Positions 34,558-48,688 are shown, counted from the first letter of the whole stretch. The stretch: DNA of 63,897 bases, filler included, from Hyphochytrium catenoides (GCA_900088475.1; 13 parts of 13 records of this genome joined end to end with filler, not necessarily neighbours in it), one strand, 5' to 3'. Made by a program: numbers and translations. Notes: generated from the letters alone by a model not told the origin.

Positions 34558-35496
34558 ATGGCAACTAGTAACTTTTGCACCGTTCTTCCTCGGCCCACTA
34601 CCGGCCTAACTACTGCCGGGACCAGCTTATTTATCGCTCTTCTATTGGCGTTTACACCCTATGAAGCTGTTCAGGGTCATTCGTTCCTCGTCTGCACAGA
34701 CTTGAGACCCGATGGCTCCTGCCAGGGCTATCCAAGGAACTTCAAGGCCTTCACTGTCGTTCAGGACGGATACACTTACCGGCCTGGCCGCACGGGCGTG
34801 GCCTGTGATCCTGACAAGCAGAGTAGATCAGGCTCTGCTGGGTCATCGTACTCGTCCACCTTTCCAATGGCAAAGGCCAACCCAGGAGACTCTTTGACTT
34901 TGCAATGGCCAGCTAGGAACCACGCACCGGCCAATCTTCCTGGTAGGACTGTTCAGGTCTACTGGGAACCTAAGCCATCCGTCGCTAGCGACCCTTCTCA
35001 ATCAGAACTAGAGAACAACCTGCTGGCGGAGCTACCATTTGGAGACTATGGAAACGGACAGTCTGCCTGCGCGCCGGGCACGCCTAACGACAGACTCTGC
35101 AGTGGAAGCTTCAAAATCCCTGGAAGCGCAGCGCCAGGAGTCTACACAATGCAGTGGTGGTGGGAGTTCAACCCTGGAGAGTTCTATGCCACCTGCTTTG
35201 AGGTTAACGTGGGCAATGTTGATGTCGGGAACCCCGACGATGGGGAGGAAACCCCCACAGTCTCTCCTAGCAGCTCATTCCCGACGGCTGTCCCCACAAA
35301 CTCCACCGATGGCCCCACAGTCTCTCCGAGCAGTGCATTCCCTACTGCTGTCCCCACAAACTCTACTGACAGCAACTCTTCATCTTTACAACTCAACCTA
35401 CAGAAAACAGCAGAGAGTGATGATGACGAGGATGCGGTCGTAGACTGCGGGGCAAGTAGGCGGCTGCGGAGAAGCTTGAAGAAGCTCCAGTATTAG
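34558..35496 (+). CDS. Secreted protein with predicted N-terminal histidine (LPMO-like / histidine-brace copper protein), intronless, 312 aa
   Basis: Hydrophobic leader ending AVQG|HSFLVC; second His in WPARNH; GVYTMQWWW...EFYATCFEV tail; 6 Cys in the globular domain; Pro/Thr/Ser repeat linker. Confidence 0.75.
   Translation: MATSNFCTVLPRPTTGLTTAGTSLFIALLLAFTPYEAVQGHSFLVCTDLRPDGSCQGYPRNFKAFTVVQDGYTYRPGRTGVACDPDKQSRSGSAGSSYSSTFPMAKANPGDSLTLQWPARNHAPANLPGRTVQVYWEPKPSVASDPSQSELENNLLAELPFGDYGNGQSACAPGTPNDRLCSGSFKIPGSAAPGVYTMQWWWEFNPGEFYATCFEVNVGNVDVGNPDDGEETPTVSPSSSFPTAVPTNSTDGPTVSPSSAFPTAVPTNSTDSNSSSLQLNLQKTAESDDDEDAVVDCGASRRLRRSLKKLQY
35254..35373 (+). repeat. 2 x 60-bp coding tandem repeat (PTVSPSS[S/A]FPTAVPTNSTD[G/S])
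   Basis: Copies at 35254-35313 and 35314-35373 differ mostly at synonymous sites; each carries an NST sequon. Confidence 0.9.
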
Positions 35497-36274
35497 AGCG
35501 GCAAGCCTTGACGCCCCTCTCAAGGGGCACTGTGGGCGAAGGGAATTGACTCGAGGGCGGAGGCTCACAAAGCTCTCTCCGTCTCTCTCTTTCCCTCCCG
35601 TGTTCATAGAGCGTGTCTTCAACTCTTCAAGGCCCTCTCCACCCTCAATAGTCCTTCTGGCAGTACCTCTAGGATAATAGAGTCCGTGACTATGGCAGAG
35701 CAACATGCGGTTGTCCTGTCTCCGTCGTTGCGGCAAGCACTCCATTATTTAGATGATATCCTCAATATATTAGATCCATAATGTAAAGTCTCTCCACTTT
35801 GACTTCAATGTTATAACCTCGAGCCCTGTCCATAGGCAAAGCACATCTCTCTCTAAGAAGAATGACGCCTGCAGAGGCAAGCCGTCTCTCCTTCAAGCGC
35901 TTGTCCGTCTCCAACAGTAAGCCCTAGAAGACAGGGTAATCTTCTCTCTCAGGAGTCTCTGCTGTCTTTCTGCTGCTCTTCTCTTCTGTTTGTGCTTTCG
36001 TCCTTCTCCTGCTGAGTATCCTCGGCAGCATCGGGAGGCGGGCCCAGCGTGACATGAGGCGGGGATTATGAATATATCCATCTGTTATTTGTGTATCTGG
36101 GCTAAAAGGCTTCAGGTATCAGCGATAAAGCTAAGAAAGATTCGCACAGGTTGAAGAAGAGAGGAGGGGCGAAGAGAGGGAGAGGGAGAGAAACAGAGAG
36201 AAAGAGAGAGATAGGGAGAGGGAGAGAAACAGAGAGAGAGAGAGAGAGAGAGTAAGACAGACACAGAGAGAGAG

Positions 36275-36306
<32 letters not shown>

Positions 36307-36470
36307 TACACTCTGGAGCTAATAAGAGCTGAGTGTTGGAAGCATTGGGAAGGGAAGGAAGAGCTCACATTCGCGGTGGCAGCGCCTGCAGCACAGTTGA
36401 TAGCTTTCCACAAGCCTCCTTCCAGACCCGACGATCATAAAGGACGCAGAGCAACACGGGAAAGTTAAAG

Positions 36471-38404
36471 ATGGGAGAAGAAGTCGACGCGCAGAAAGCC
36501 CTGCAGTTCAAGGGCGCAACTTACCCTGTCTCCTTCAACAAGCGAGACCTCATCGTGTACGCTCTGGGCATTGGAGAGACAGACCTGCAGTTCACTTATG
36601 AAGACCATGACAACTTCAGTGCCTTCCCCACCTGTACGGACACGTGTGGCAGCACACTTCCCATTGCTTTTGACCACAGTCCTCCGCTTTGCTCCTCTCT
36701 CCCGTCTCTCGGTTCCCTCCTAGTGTTACTTCTAATAGGCGCTGCCTCCGCTTAGAGGGTGGCTAAGTCCATCGTCTCGGCTCCCTCTGTTTCCTACTTC
36801 TCTTCTGTCAATCGGCATGTTCTTAGCTTCCAGGCGCTCTATGTTGATCTCATTGTCTAGGTTTTCCTTTGATTGGTTTTGGCTCTCTCTGACTGTGTCT
36901 TCCTCCGTAGATCCGGTGGCATTGACCTTTAAAGGGACCTCTCAGGAGGTGGTTCCGTTCCCGCCGAAGACTATGCTAACGTTTCCTGAGGGAATACCGA
37001 TGATCAACCCAGCGATGATTCTTCATGGAGAGCAAGAGATTGAGATTATTACGCCTCTCAATCCAGAGGGAGAGGAACTGACAGCGCACCAGTCTGTTCT
37101 CTCTCTCTGGGACAAGGGGAAAGGCGCTCTGCTGGAGATGGAGACCGTGATGAAGAACCAGAAGGGAGAAAGCGTTTGCAGAATGATTTCTGGGAGCTTC
37201 ATGAGAGGTCTCACAGGCTTCAAGGGTGCAGGACGGCAGCCGCCGCCTAGGTAAGATGACTTGCAGAGCAAACTAAAACATGATGAAGCCTCTATCTCAT
37301 TTGATCCTCACTCTCTCGTTCTCTCTCCCGCTGCAGAGCTAAAGCGCCTTCTCGTGCTCCTGACGCGGTCGAGACCATCAGCACCTACCCCAATCAAGCA
37401 GCTCTCTATAGGCTCTCAGGGTAAGAGACCATTTCGGCTCTTCTCCTTTTGCGTGGACTAATTATTCGACATTCTCTTCCCTCTCTGCTCACTGGCATTT
37501 CCTTTCACAGAGACTACAACGCCCTTCACATTGATCCTTCCATAGCTCAAGCTGTGGGATTCAAGCGCCCAATCATCCATGGACTCTGCTCCATGGGGAT
37601 TGCCACAAGGGCCATCCTTAAGGCCCTCGCAGGCGGAGATCCAAAAAAGCTGAAGAAGATTAGCGTCAGGTGGCTGAACTAGCTTCTTTCTTTAATCACT
37701 TTTGTACGCGAGTTGAACCAACAAAGATTGCCTCAGCGTTCCTCCTCCATAGCCCAATCTGGAGCAGTCCTGGTCGGTTCTTACTATTTTGGTCTTGTTT
37801 CTCTCTACATCTCGATGCATCGCACCTAGTCATTTGACTTGGCCTTCTTGCTTACCATAAACAGCCAAAGTCTCCCATCCCCTGATCTCATAGAGTTTGT
37901 GTCTCAAGATTTGTCCGACTTACATTCGTGAAGTTGCGACCTCAACTGCTTGACTTCGGCCGCGGTAACCCTCTATTGTATTGCTCTATAATTGCACTAC
38001 TCAGGTTCTCGTCTCCTGCCTACCCGGGGGAGACCTTTGTGACCTCAATGTGGAAGGAGGGAGACCGAGTTATCTTTCAGACCAAGATTAAGGAGAGGGA
38101 CGTGATCGTGCTGGATGGCGGTGTCGCCGTCCTAGAAGGAGCTGCGGCGTCCACGCCATCACCTTCCACTCAAGGTAAACCTAGATATCTGCTCGATGTT
38201 CTGTCTTTATGGGCTCTGCTCGGTTGCACCGTGGCACCAGTGCAACCGACTTTGCGCTACGCAATCTCGATCCTTCAGGGTTGACACCAGGAAACATGTG
38301 TAGACTGCAAAGTGTACCCATGCTCGTCAGCGCCTCTTTCCGTTGTACCCTGACTCACTAGATCTATGACTCCTACAGGCTCATCATCCTCTACCCGGCT
38401 GCAA
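36471..38404 (+). CDS. ECH2: Peroxisomal enoyl-CoA hydratase 2 (MFE-2 hydratase / MaoC double hot-dog), 3' end cut by the contig end
   Basis: RDLIVYALGIG, FSAFPT, ILHGEQ, DKGKGAL, catalytic YRLSGDYNALHIDP...GFKRPIIHGLCSMG, VRFSSPAYPGET. Confidence 0.92.
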
Positions 38405-38704
38405 NNNNNNNNNNNNNNNNNNNNNNNNNNNNNNNNNNNNNNNNNNNNTTAATTAATTAANNNNNNNNNNNNNNNNNNNNNNNNNNNNNNNNNNNNNNNN
38501 NNNNTCCTGCATCTGCTCGACAAGCTCTCAGGAGTCGCTTGATATCCTACTCTTTCTCTCTTTCTCATGTTCCTTCCCTCCTCTTTCTGTCCTCGTCCTT
38601 GTCTATCCGTATTTCTTTCTCTTCTCTCTGCCTGTTCTTGGTCTTGCATTCTCTCACTATCCCTCCTTCATCACTATTCCGCATCTATTGTCTACCCATT
38701 TTAG

Positions 38705-40941
<2,237 letters not shown>

Positions 40942-40948
<7 letters not shown>

Positions 40949-41042
40949 GAGCTTGAAAATGGGGATAGGGAAGTCTGAGCAAACGAATGGTACAGTAAGA
41001 GCTTGAAAAATGGGGATAGGGAAGTCTGAGCAAACGAATGGT
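40942..41042. repeat. 50/51-bp tandem duplication over the putative kinase stop codon
   Basis: 40942-40991 is repeated at 40992-41042 with one extra A. Confidence 0.9.
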
Positions 41043-41484
41043 ACTGGAGGGTAATAGCTGACAAAAGGAGAGAGGGAGAGAAACATAGAGAGAGACCGAA
41101 GGGAGAATTACTAGGCGGAAGAATTATACCTGGCTTTTATCAAAGTGTTTGACCCCATAACCTCTCGCTCCAGCAACGAAAGGGAAGAGGTACGAGACCT
41201 GTACGTCTATCCTGAGGGTGAAGGCCTGGATGAAGCAGATTACCTAGAGGCGGAGAAGGAGTCCAATGGCGCGGGCCTGTTAACAGACTTATAGCACGAA
41301 GGAGCCGTGCATATCTCCGCCAGGCAAACAAGATGTTGTAGAAGAGAGGAGCCCAGGAAAGGGCGAAGCGGACTAGAGAAAAGCAACTGAAGTTCTACCA
41401 GCTCCGCAACATCGGAGGCACGGGAGACTTCTATCCCAGGTATCTCAAGCGCCGCTCTTAGCAACACGAGACCTAGGGAACAGA

Positions 41485-41533
41485 GCGCAAAAAGGGCACC
41501 AGCTTATTTGCGCAAAAAGGGCACCAGCTTATT
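41485..41533. repeat. 25-bp tandem duplication GCGCAAAAAGGGCACCAGCTTATT
   Basis: Direct copies start at 41485 and 41510. Confidence 0.85.
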
Positions 41534-42129
41534 CGAAGCTAAATTTGGTCCTTCTGAACAAGCGCTTTCCGCTTATCGTTAGATGGGCTCCTCGTATCTN
41601 NNNNNNNNNNNNNNNNNNNNNNNNNNNNNNNNNNNNNNNNNNNTTAATTAATTAANNNNNNNNNNNNNNNNNNNNNNNNNNNNNNNNNNNNNNNNNNNNG
41701 TGACAGGCATTGAAGAGACACAGCGCCACGGTGTGATCTCACTCCCTCTTCTCTCTTCTCTGCCGTTTCTTCCCTCCTCATTTCTATCAACTACTCTCTC
41801 TCTCTCTCGGCCACTTCCGTCTCTCTCTATTGCGGGCCCTGTTAGAAAGTGGAGCTGTGCCTGTCCCCTATCTCTCGTCGTGGACGCCGCCTTCCGGGTC
41901 TTTTTGGTCTTTAGCTTGTGATTCCTGAACCTCTCTCCTTCGCTTTCTGTCGCTCCCTCTCCCCTCCGCGGTCTCCTCTCCACCTGGGACCACTAAATTT
42001 TGCTCTCTCTCTCTCTTTCTTCAAGAGTCTCTCTCTCTCTCTCTGTCGTCCTTATCTCTCCAGCCCTAGCATCGGCCTAACTCTGTCTCTGTCTCTAGAA
42101 CACAAAGAGAGAGCAAAAGAGATAGAGAT

Positions 42130-44021
42130 ATGGACCTGGTACTCGGCTTCTGTGACGAGCATTTCTTCACGCCTCACGTGTATCCCAAGGAATGGCCAGA
42201 GGGAGATATCTGGCGACAGAGTCTCTCTCTCTTCATCATCTCCGTCGTCAGCGGCTATCTCCTCTACTTTGGAGTCAATGCTCTCGCGTACATCTTCCTC
42301 TTTGAACATGAGTAAGCTACGGGTTTCTCTCTCCTTCTCGGCATGCCTCCTCATAGCCTCTCTCTCTTCTTCTCGGCTCTGTCTTCCCTCAAATGCTTAT
42401 CTTTTATTTCTTCTGCCCTAGGAGAGCGTCTTTCTCCTTCTCTCTCTGTTCATCTGTTAATTCTTTCTTCACTTCCTCTTTCGTCTCCCTTTTCTCTCTG
42501 AGCATCTCCCCATTTCACGCTTCCTGCTATCTCACTTCGTACGGTCATGCGCTGTCTTTCCTCACCTACTCTCTCTCTCTCTCTCTGCCTCTCTCTCTCT
42601 CTCTGTCTTTTCTCTCTTTAGGCTGAAGAAGCACCCTCGGTTCCTGCGTGAGCAGGTGGCGAAGGAGATTGACGTGGCAGTGCGCTCGATCCCGATCATG
42701 GCGCTCTTCACTCTTCCTTTCTTCCTCCTCGAGGTCAGAGGATACACGCGCCTCTATGACTCCATCGCAGAGACAGGATGGGCGGCGTACTTCCTCGGGT
42801 ACGCTCTTCTCTCTCCCGCTTTCTCTCCCAATTCTCTCTCTCTCTCTCTTCTTTCTGTCTCTCTTTGGGCTTATACCGCGCTTGACATGAATCTAAGCTT
42901 TAGTCCTCTCCGTCTTTGTCTTTCTGTCCATCTCCAATCCGTCCCTCTCTGTGCCGTCTGCTCTCACGCGTCATATCCTTCTCCTCCTTCTCTCTCTCTC
43001 TCTCTCTCCCTCCTCCCCCTCACGTTTTTCATCTCTCTCTCCTGCAGGATCTTTCTCTTCTTCTTCTTCAACGACTTCTTGGTCTACTGGATCCACCGCT
43101 GGCTGCACCACCCCGCCGTCTACAAGTACATTCACAAGGAGCATCACCGCTGGCTCATCCCCACGCCGTTTGCCTCCCACGCCTTCCACCCGCTCGACGG
43201 CTTCCTCCAGTCCGTGCCCTATCATCTCTTCATCCTCGTCTACCCGCTGCACAAGCTCTCTTTCCTCGTCTGCTTCTTCCTCGTCAACATCTGGACCACC
43301 TCCATCCATGATACGGCCTATCTGGTAAGAGAGAAAGGAGAGCTGGACAAAGAGGGAGAGAGAAGAAAGGAGGAGAGAGAGAGACACACACAGATTAAGA
43401 GAGAGGGACAGAAAGAGGCGTGGGCACTTGTGCCTAAGAGGGGAAGTGAGGGTTGTGCAGAGGAAGAGAGCGGGGTGTGAGGCCGGAGACGGAACGAACC
43501 AGAGAGGGAGAGAGACTATTCTATAAGATAAAGAGAAGAACGAGCTGGAGGGAGAGAAGAGAAAAAAGAAGAGCTTCATGGGCTGGAAAGGAGTAGATAT
43601 TGAAAGTATCGGGTAGCTTTTCTCCTTTGTTCCCTTTTCTCTCTTGATGTCCTCCTCCTTCTATTTCTCATGAGGCTCTCCCACCCTTCATAGTGCATCC
43701 TTCTTCTTCCTCTGTCTCACTATCTCTCTCTCTCTGCCGCCTCCCTCGTTTTCTCTCTTATTCTCTTTCCAGATCCCGAAGTCTCTCTGGGGCATCGTGA
43801 ACTGCGCGGCTCACCACACGGACCATCATCTCTACTATAATTATAACTATGGGCTCTACTTCACACTCTGGGACCGGATTGGAGGGTCATACAGAGAACC
43901 ATCGCCTTTCTTAGGGAAAGGGCCTTTTGATGACCTGCTCAGACTTGAGAGAGAGGGGAAAATCTCTCTCTCTCACCCTGTGAAGACGTCCGTGCCCCAT
44001 CAGAAGCCCAAGGCAGCTTGA
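42130..44021 (+). CDS. ERG3: Sterol C5-desaturase (ERG3/SC5D), 4 exons
   Basis: MDLVL...D...FTPHVYP..WPE.DIWRQ, LKKHPRFL..Q, EVRGYTRLYD; His boxes HRWLH, HKEHH, HHTDHH; PTPFASHAFHPLDG and NYNYG.YFTLWDRIGGSYR. Exons ~42130-42311, 42622-~42798, ~43049-43326, ~43774-44021. Confidence 0.96.
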
Positions 44022-44234
44022 GAGAGAAAGAAACGATGAAAGGGACGAGAGAAGGCAGGAAAGGGAGACAGAAGAGATCGTTAAGAAAGTACAAAGGGAG
44101 AAAGAGAGAGAGAGATATTCTCCTAGGTCTGGCGCCGGATGTGACAGACTATCGCTAATAATGAACAGTACGCCTTTTTCTTAAGCTTTTTGAATGGAAT
44201 AGAGGTAGAGTAGAGTCGCACGGCTGGTGTAAAC

Positions 44235-44309
<75 letters not shown>

Positions 44310-44498
44310 ATCTTATTTCTCTCTTCCAAATCCTAAATCCTGCTCACATGATTCTCCCAGAGGTTAGCTTCATCTTTTCCCTCGTGTCTCTCTTCTCTTC
44401 TAACATCCTGTTCCCGTTGAGGGGCACTCTTTGTCTCTCTCTTTCTTTTGGTGTTCTCCTCTCGTCATTCTCTCTCCTGTTCATGGATTTACTCTCTC

Positions 44499-44671
44499 CT
44501 AGCTCGTCGCAGCCTGTGGGGCTGCGGTGGGCTCTGGCACCACGATAACCTCATCTCCTGGCCAGTCAGGGAGAGAGGAAAAGGTCTTGTTAGCGTTCCT
44601 GATGTAGCGCTCGACCAGGAGACCCATGTCCCGAGCGACCAAGGCACAGACAACCTCCAAGAAGAACTTGG
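44499..44671 (-). CDS. Terminal exon of an unidentified gene convergent with ERG3
   Basis: Polypyrimidine + CAG acceptor, then KFFLEVVCALVARDMGLLVERYIRNANKTFSSLPDWPG...TAG with gene-like codon use. Confidence 0.4.
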
Positions 44672-44971
44672 CTGGGAGAGAAAATGGCGACAAAAGAGAG
44701 AAACAGTGTGAGAAGGCGGTCGCAGATATGTGATAATATATAGATATATCAAGCGAGACAGAAAAATCACTGGCAGAAACACAGAGAGACAGTATATTTA
44801 TAGAGAGAGAACTACCACGACCGCAGTCCGCGGAGGGGGGAGACAAGGTGGAGAGAAAGGCGGGAAAGAGAGAGTGATGACTGGGTAACAGAGAAAAGCG
44901 CTGTGGCTGCAGGATGATAAGACACCCACAGTCATAACGGAGAAAGATAAAGATAGAGAGAGGGATCGTAA

Positions 44972-45007
<36 letters not shown>

Positions 45008-45303
45008 NNNNNNNNNNNNNNNNNNNNNNNNNNNNNNNNNNNNNNNNNNNNTTAATTAATTAANNNNNNNNNNNNNNNNNNNNNNNNNNNNNNNNNNNNN
45101 NNNNNNNCAGCTGCTATACCGGCGTTCATCCAAGGTCTTGACCCCAAAGCATTACTAGGAGTCCCCCTGAGTGCTGCTGCTCCTCGGCAGGCACAGCAAG
45201 TCGCTGCCACGACTATGATAAAGAAAGCTCCAGCGACTAAGAAGAACGCCTTTAAACGGTTGAGGAGGATCACGAAGTGGAACATCAAGCTATGTGACTG
45301 CCA

Positions 45304-46224
45304 GACTCACAAGGAACTGAAGGATATAAGGAAAATGGAGGATTTGAAGCGGCGTACCAAGCTACGCTTAGACGGAGAGTTCTGAGGCATTACGACGTAC
45401 CTTCCCCCTGCAGAAGAGAGGTCATTGGCCTATATCGCAAGAAGGGCCGACGAGCGCTCGCTGAGCGAGCATTGGTGCTATCTGGTACAAGCCAGATATT
45501 GGCTAAGCACATAGAAGAAGGTACGCATAGCCAGCTATTGCTATTGCGCATCAGAGACGAGGAGCAACGGGACCTTAACGCCTACAATTGGAAGTTTTTC
45601 GGCGCAGAAGAAGGAGACCGGTTTGATCTTTTTCAACTACGGAGCAAATCGTAAGGGGTTCTGGAATTGAGCACCACCCCAGCTAGCATTCATAGTCGTG
45701 GCCTTGAGCCCGTCCGCCTCCATTTTTGCGTGGCCGCTACTCCAGTCTACCTCGACGAGGAGCTGACGGTCAGGTTCAATAATCTCAAAGCACTGCATGA
45801 GCTCCTCCAGCTGCTTACACATTGTATCGCAATTCCAGAACCCTTCACGATTTGCTCCGTAGTTGAAAGAGATCAAACCGGGACTGCCGGTCGGGTAAGG
45901 ATCATCTGCCTCTCGTTCCATGAACTTCCTTCTTTTCCCTGCCCGAGAGGGATGACAATTTATCTAGCTGGCTATGCGTACCTTCTTCTACGTGCTTGGC
46001 CACTTTCTGGCTTGTATCAAATACCACCAATGCTCGCTCAGCGAGCGCTCATCGGCCCTTCTTGCGATATACGCTCATCGGCCCTTCTTGCGATATAGGC
46101 TAGTGACCTCTCTTCTGCAGGGGGAAGGTACGTCGTAATGCCTCAGAACTCTCCGTCTAAGCGTAGCTTGGTACGCCGTTTCAAATCCTCCATTTTCCTT
46201 ATATCCTTCAGTTCCTTGTGAGTC
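45304..46224. repeat. Long inverted repeat (arms 45304-45537 and 45965-46224) around a transposase fragment
   Basis: The arms are reverse complements with about ten substitutions; the right arm carries a 26-bp tandem duplication (46046-46097). Confidence 0.9.
45637..45921 (-). mobile_element. DDE-type DNA transposase fragment
   Basis: G.N.EGFW...M..Q......FE...P......VDWSSGH.....GL....MN..WGG.Q matches a pattern typical of eukaryotic DDE transposases (recalled, not searched). Confidence 0.55.
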
Positions 46225-46324
46225 NNNNNNNNNNNNNNNNNNNNNNNNNNNNNNNNNNNNNNNNNNNNTTAATTAATTAANNNNNNNNNNNNNNNNNNNN
46301 NNNNNNNNNNNNNNNNNNNNNNNN

Positions 46325-46534
46325 TAGGCGTAGTTTGTCGAACGCATACTTAATGGTAGCATCAAGTTCCCCAGACTGCGGCTGAGAGAAGGATTCTTCA
46401 GACATTAGGCTGTCAATTAGGGCATCGCAATAGAGCCGGACAGTGGACCAGCACGAGATAACAGCCTGAAGGTCTTCATGCTCTCCCAACTGCCAGGGCT
46501 GCATTTTCTCTACCAACTGACCCACGCTAGCCAT
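46325..46534 (-). CDS. 5' end of a hypothetical protein, cut by the contig end
   Basis: ATG-initiated open frame MASVGQLVEKMQPWQLGEHEDLQAVISCW... running into the linker. Confidence 0.3.
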
Positions 46535-47079
46535 CGAAAAAGGGCTAGATGGAAGTATAGTGTGGAGAGAATATGAGGCACTACGATCTAAAAGAGAGGA
46601 ACCATATCACGGCCTACGCGCTGTCAGGGCCCACATAGAGCTGAACCTTGTCTAGTTCCCGGATTCACATTCCTGGACAGGCTCAACAAGACCTATCAGT
46701 CCATAGGGCCTTGTCTTAATCCTCTGCCTCGATGCCAATAATGCGTTAGACAGAGCTCGACAGATTAGAAAAGCTGCAGGCTGGCCGCTTATCTGAGACT
46801 TGCTGGCGGCTGGCTGCAGTTTTTCAGATTTCTCTTGTTGGCGCCATCAAAAATAGGCCGTTACCGGCATTTTCTGCAAAGAGAGCGTTAAATATAGGTC
46901 AGCAGCCACAGCGATGGCCATTGATTATACTCAAAAACTATATAACAAAGCCAAGCTATAACAATATAACCAAATAAAGGAGACAACTTGGTTAGGAAAC
47001 CATAGATGCGACAATATTAGGATATATCAGAAGCTTTTCAGTTGCAGAGGAAGAGAAACTGTGTCAAACCTACGAGGCC

Positions 47080-48398
47080 ATGGAGGGGTTGACTCTGACA
47101 TTGAGCTCTATCATAGGATGCAGTCTTCGTCCTCTTCCGTGCTGTTGGCTCGGCAGGCAATAGGGAAGACACCCACTAGCGAGGGATTGGCTGAGTTACA
47201 GCTCCTTGAGACGTGATGTGGCCAGCGCAGGAAGGAGCGGTCGGTCTCAAGGATCCGACAAGCAAGCCAGTCGATGGGTCCCGACGCCGATCAACGATGC
47301 GGTCACAGGTCAGCGTGTCTCATCTTGGCGTGCGCTACCCCTTCAAACAGCCCAATGCTGTGCTTTCGTCCAGAGCTAATCAGGGATCGTCTTGATTATC
47401 TAGGGACAGAGTTTGCAAGAGTTCCAACCGTCTATGTCGCTTGCCCATGGAGACATCGATTTCACGCAGGTCTTAGAGTCCGTGCTCAGTGCGGAGCCCT
47501 CAGGGACAAAAACTGCAGGTAGCAGATAGCTGCTTCGTCTTATGCGCATTCCTTAAACTTCTAGATGCATTCCGAGCCTTAGATCTATCGGTGCTCTTCA
47601 TTCGTCTGCCTGCATATCAGGAGGGAAAGCTTTAAGTGACGAGCAGCGATTATGGGCTGAGGCTGCTGAGGTCCGTGCGACTCTGTCTACTGATTAGAAA
47701 GAAGCGTGGAAGAGCAATACTGACCTTCTTGTTGGCTCTATCCTAACAAGGTCCGGAGAGCCTTGGCCAATCTGCCAAGCGTCAATGCTGAGCATTACCT
47801 AGCGGCGATGGACAAGCTCCAAGAGGTCTACGACGCCTCGGGTAGGTATAATACGGAGAATAGCCCACCATCATAACGGCAGTAAAGAGAGAACTTTAGG
47901 TCCAAGCACCTACGTTAAGGTTGTCCCGTAGCCTTATCGAGGTCCTCCTTTCATCTTCGATGTCCCCTTCTCACAATCTGGTATGACCGGACACCACGAC
48001 GATGCTCTAGAGACGGCTCCATTGATTGCCTCTTCTTCTTAGTTGCCAGAGAGGACGTACTTCTGTCTTTGGAGCTGTCCCTAATGACTCATCGAGATTT
48101 CTACATTCAGAAGCTGAAGCGTTTGGAAGCACTAGGTGAAGCAAATGGGTAAGGCAGGCATGAGAGGGACAAAAGCATAGACCAGAGTAGACCAAACATT
48201 CCATACTCTTTCCTTTGTGACGTTCGCCTTCGTTGCAGTTTGTACTTTGTGCTAAGCATCTACTGTGTGTGCGACAGGTGGGGCTCAGGTCCTCGAGCGA
48301 CAAACCTGTCTTCTGAAGAGAAAGAGAAGCTGACGAAGCTCAAGGAACTTATCACTCAGTTCAAGGACGAAAGCAGACGTCAATCAGAACAGCGATAG
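47080..48398 (+). CDS. Hypothetical multi-exon helical protein
   Basis: Chain of GT-AG-bounded exons: LIRDRLDYLGTEFARV / ALSDEQRLWAEAAE / VRRALANLPSVNAEHYLAAMDKLQEVY / AREDVLLSLELSLMTHRDFYIQKLKRLEAL / WGSGPRATNLSSEEKEKLTKLKELITQFKDE...TAG. The start is uncertain. Confidence 0.45.
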
Positions 48399-48688
48399 GT
48401 AAAGAGACCTAGTAATGGGAGAAAGGAGGAGTGAGATTTGCGCGTGCAGAGGCATGACGCTCCACCTGATGAGGCTCGGGCTTCAAGAGCAGTGTCGCTG
48501 GGAATAGTAAACAGTGGTACTTAGTGTTAGGGTTACCCCAACCGTAGGACCAACAACGGTCCTTGCCCTTTTGGGCTTCAGATGAGTGTATTTATAATGT
48601 CTCTTGTTCCGAGAGCCAGCTGTGTGCCGTGACAATCATCAATAAATAATAAATAAGCGATAACATCATCCACACTCTCCTCCATTCC

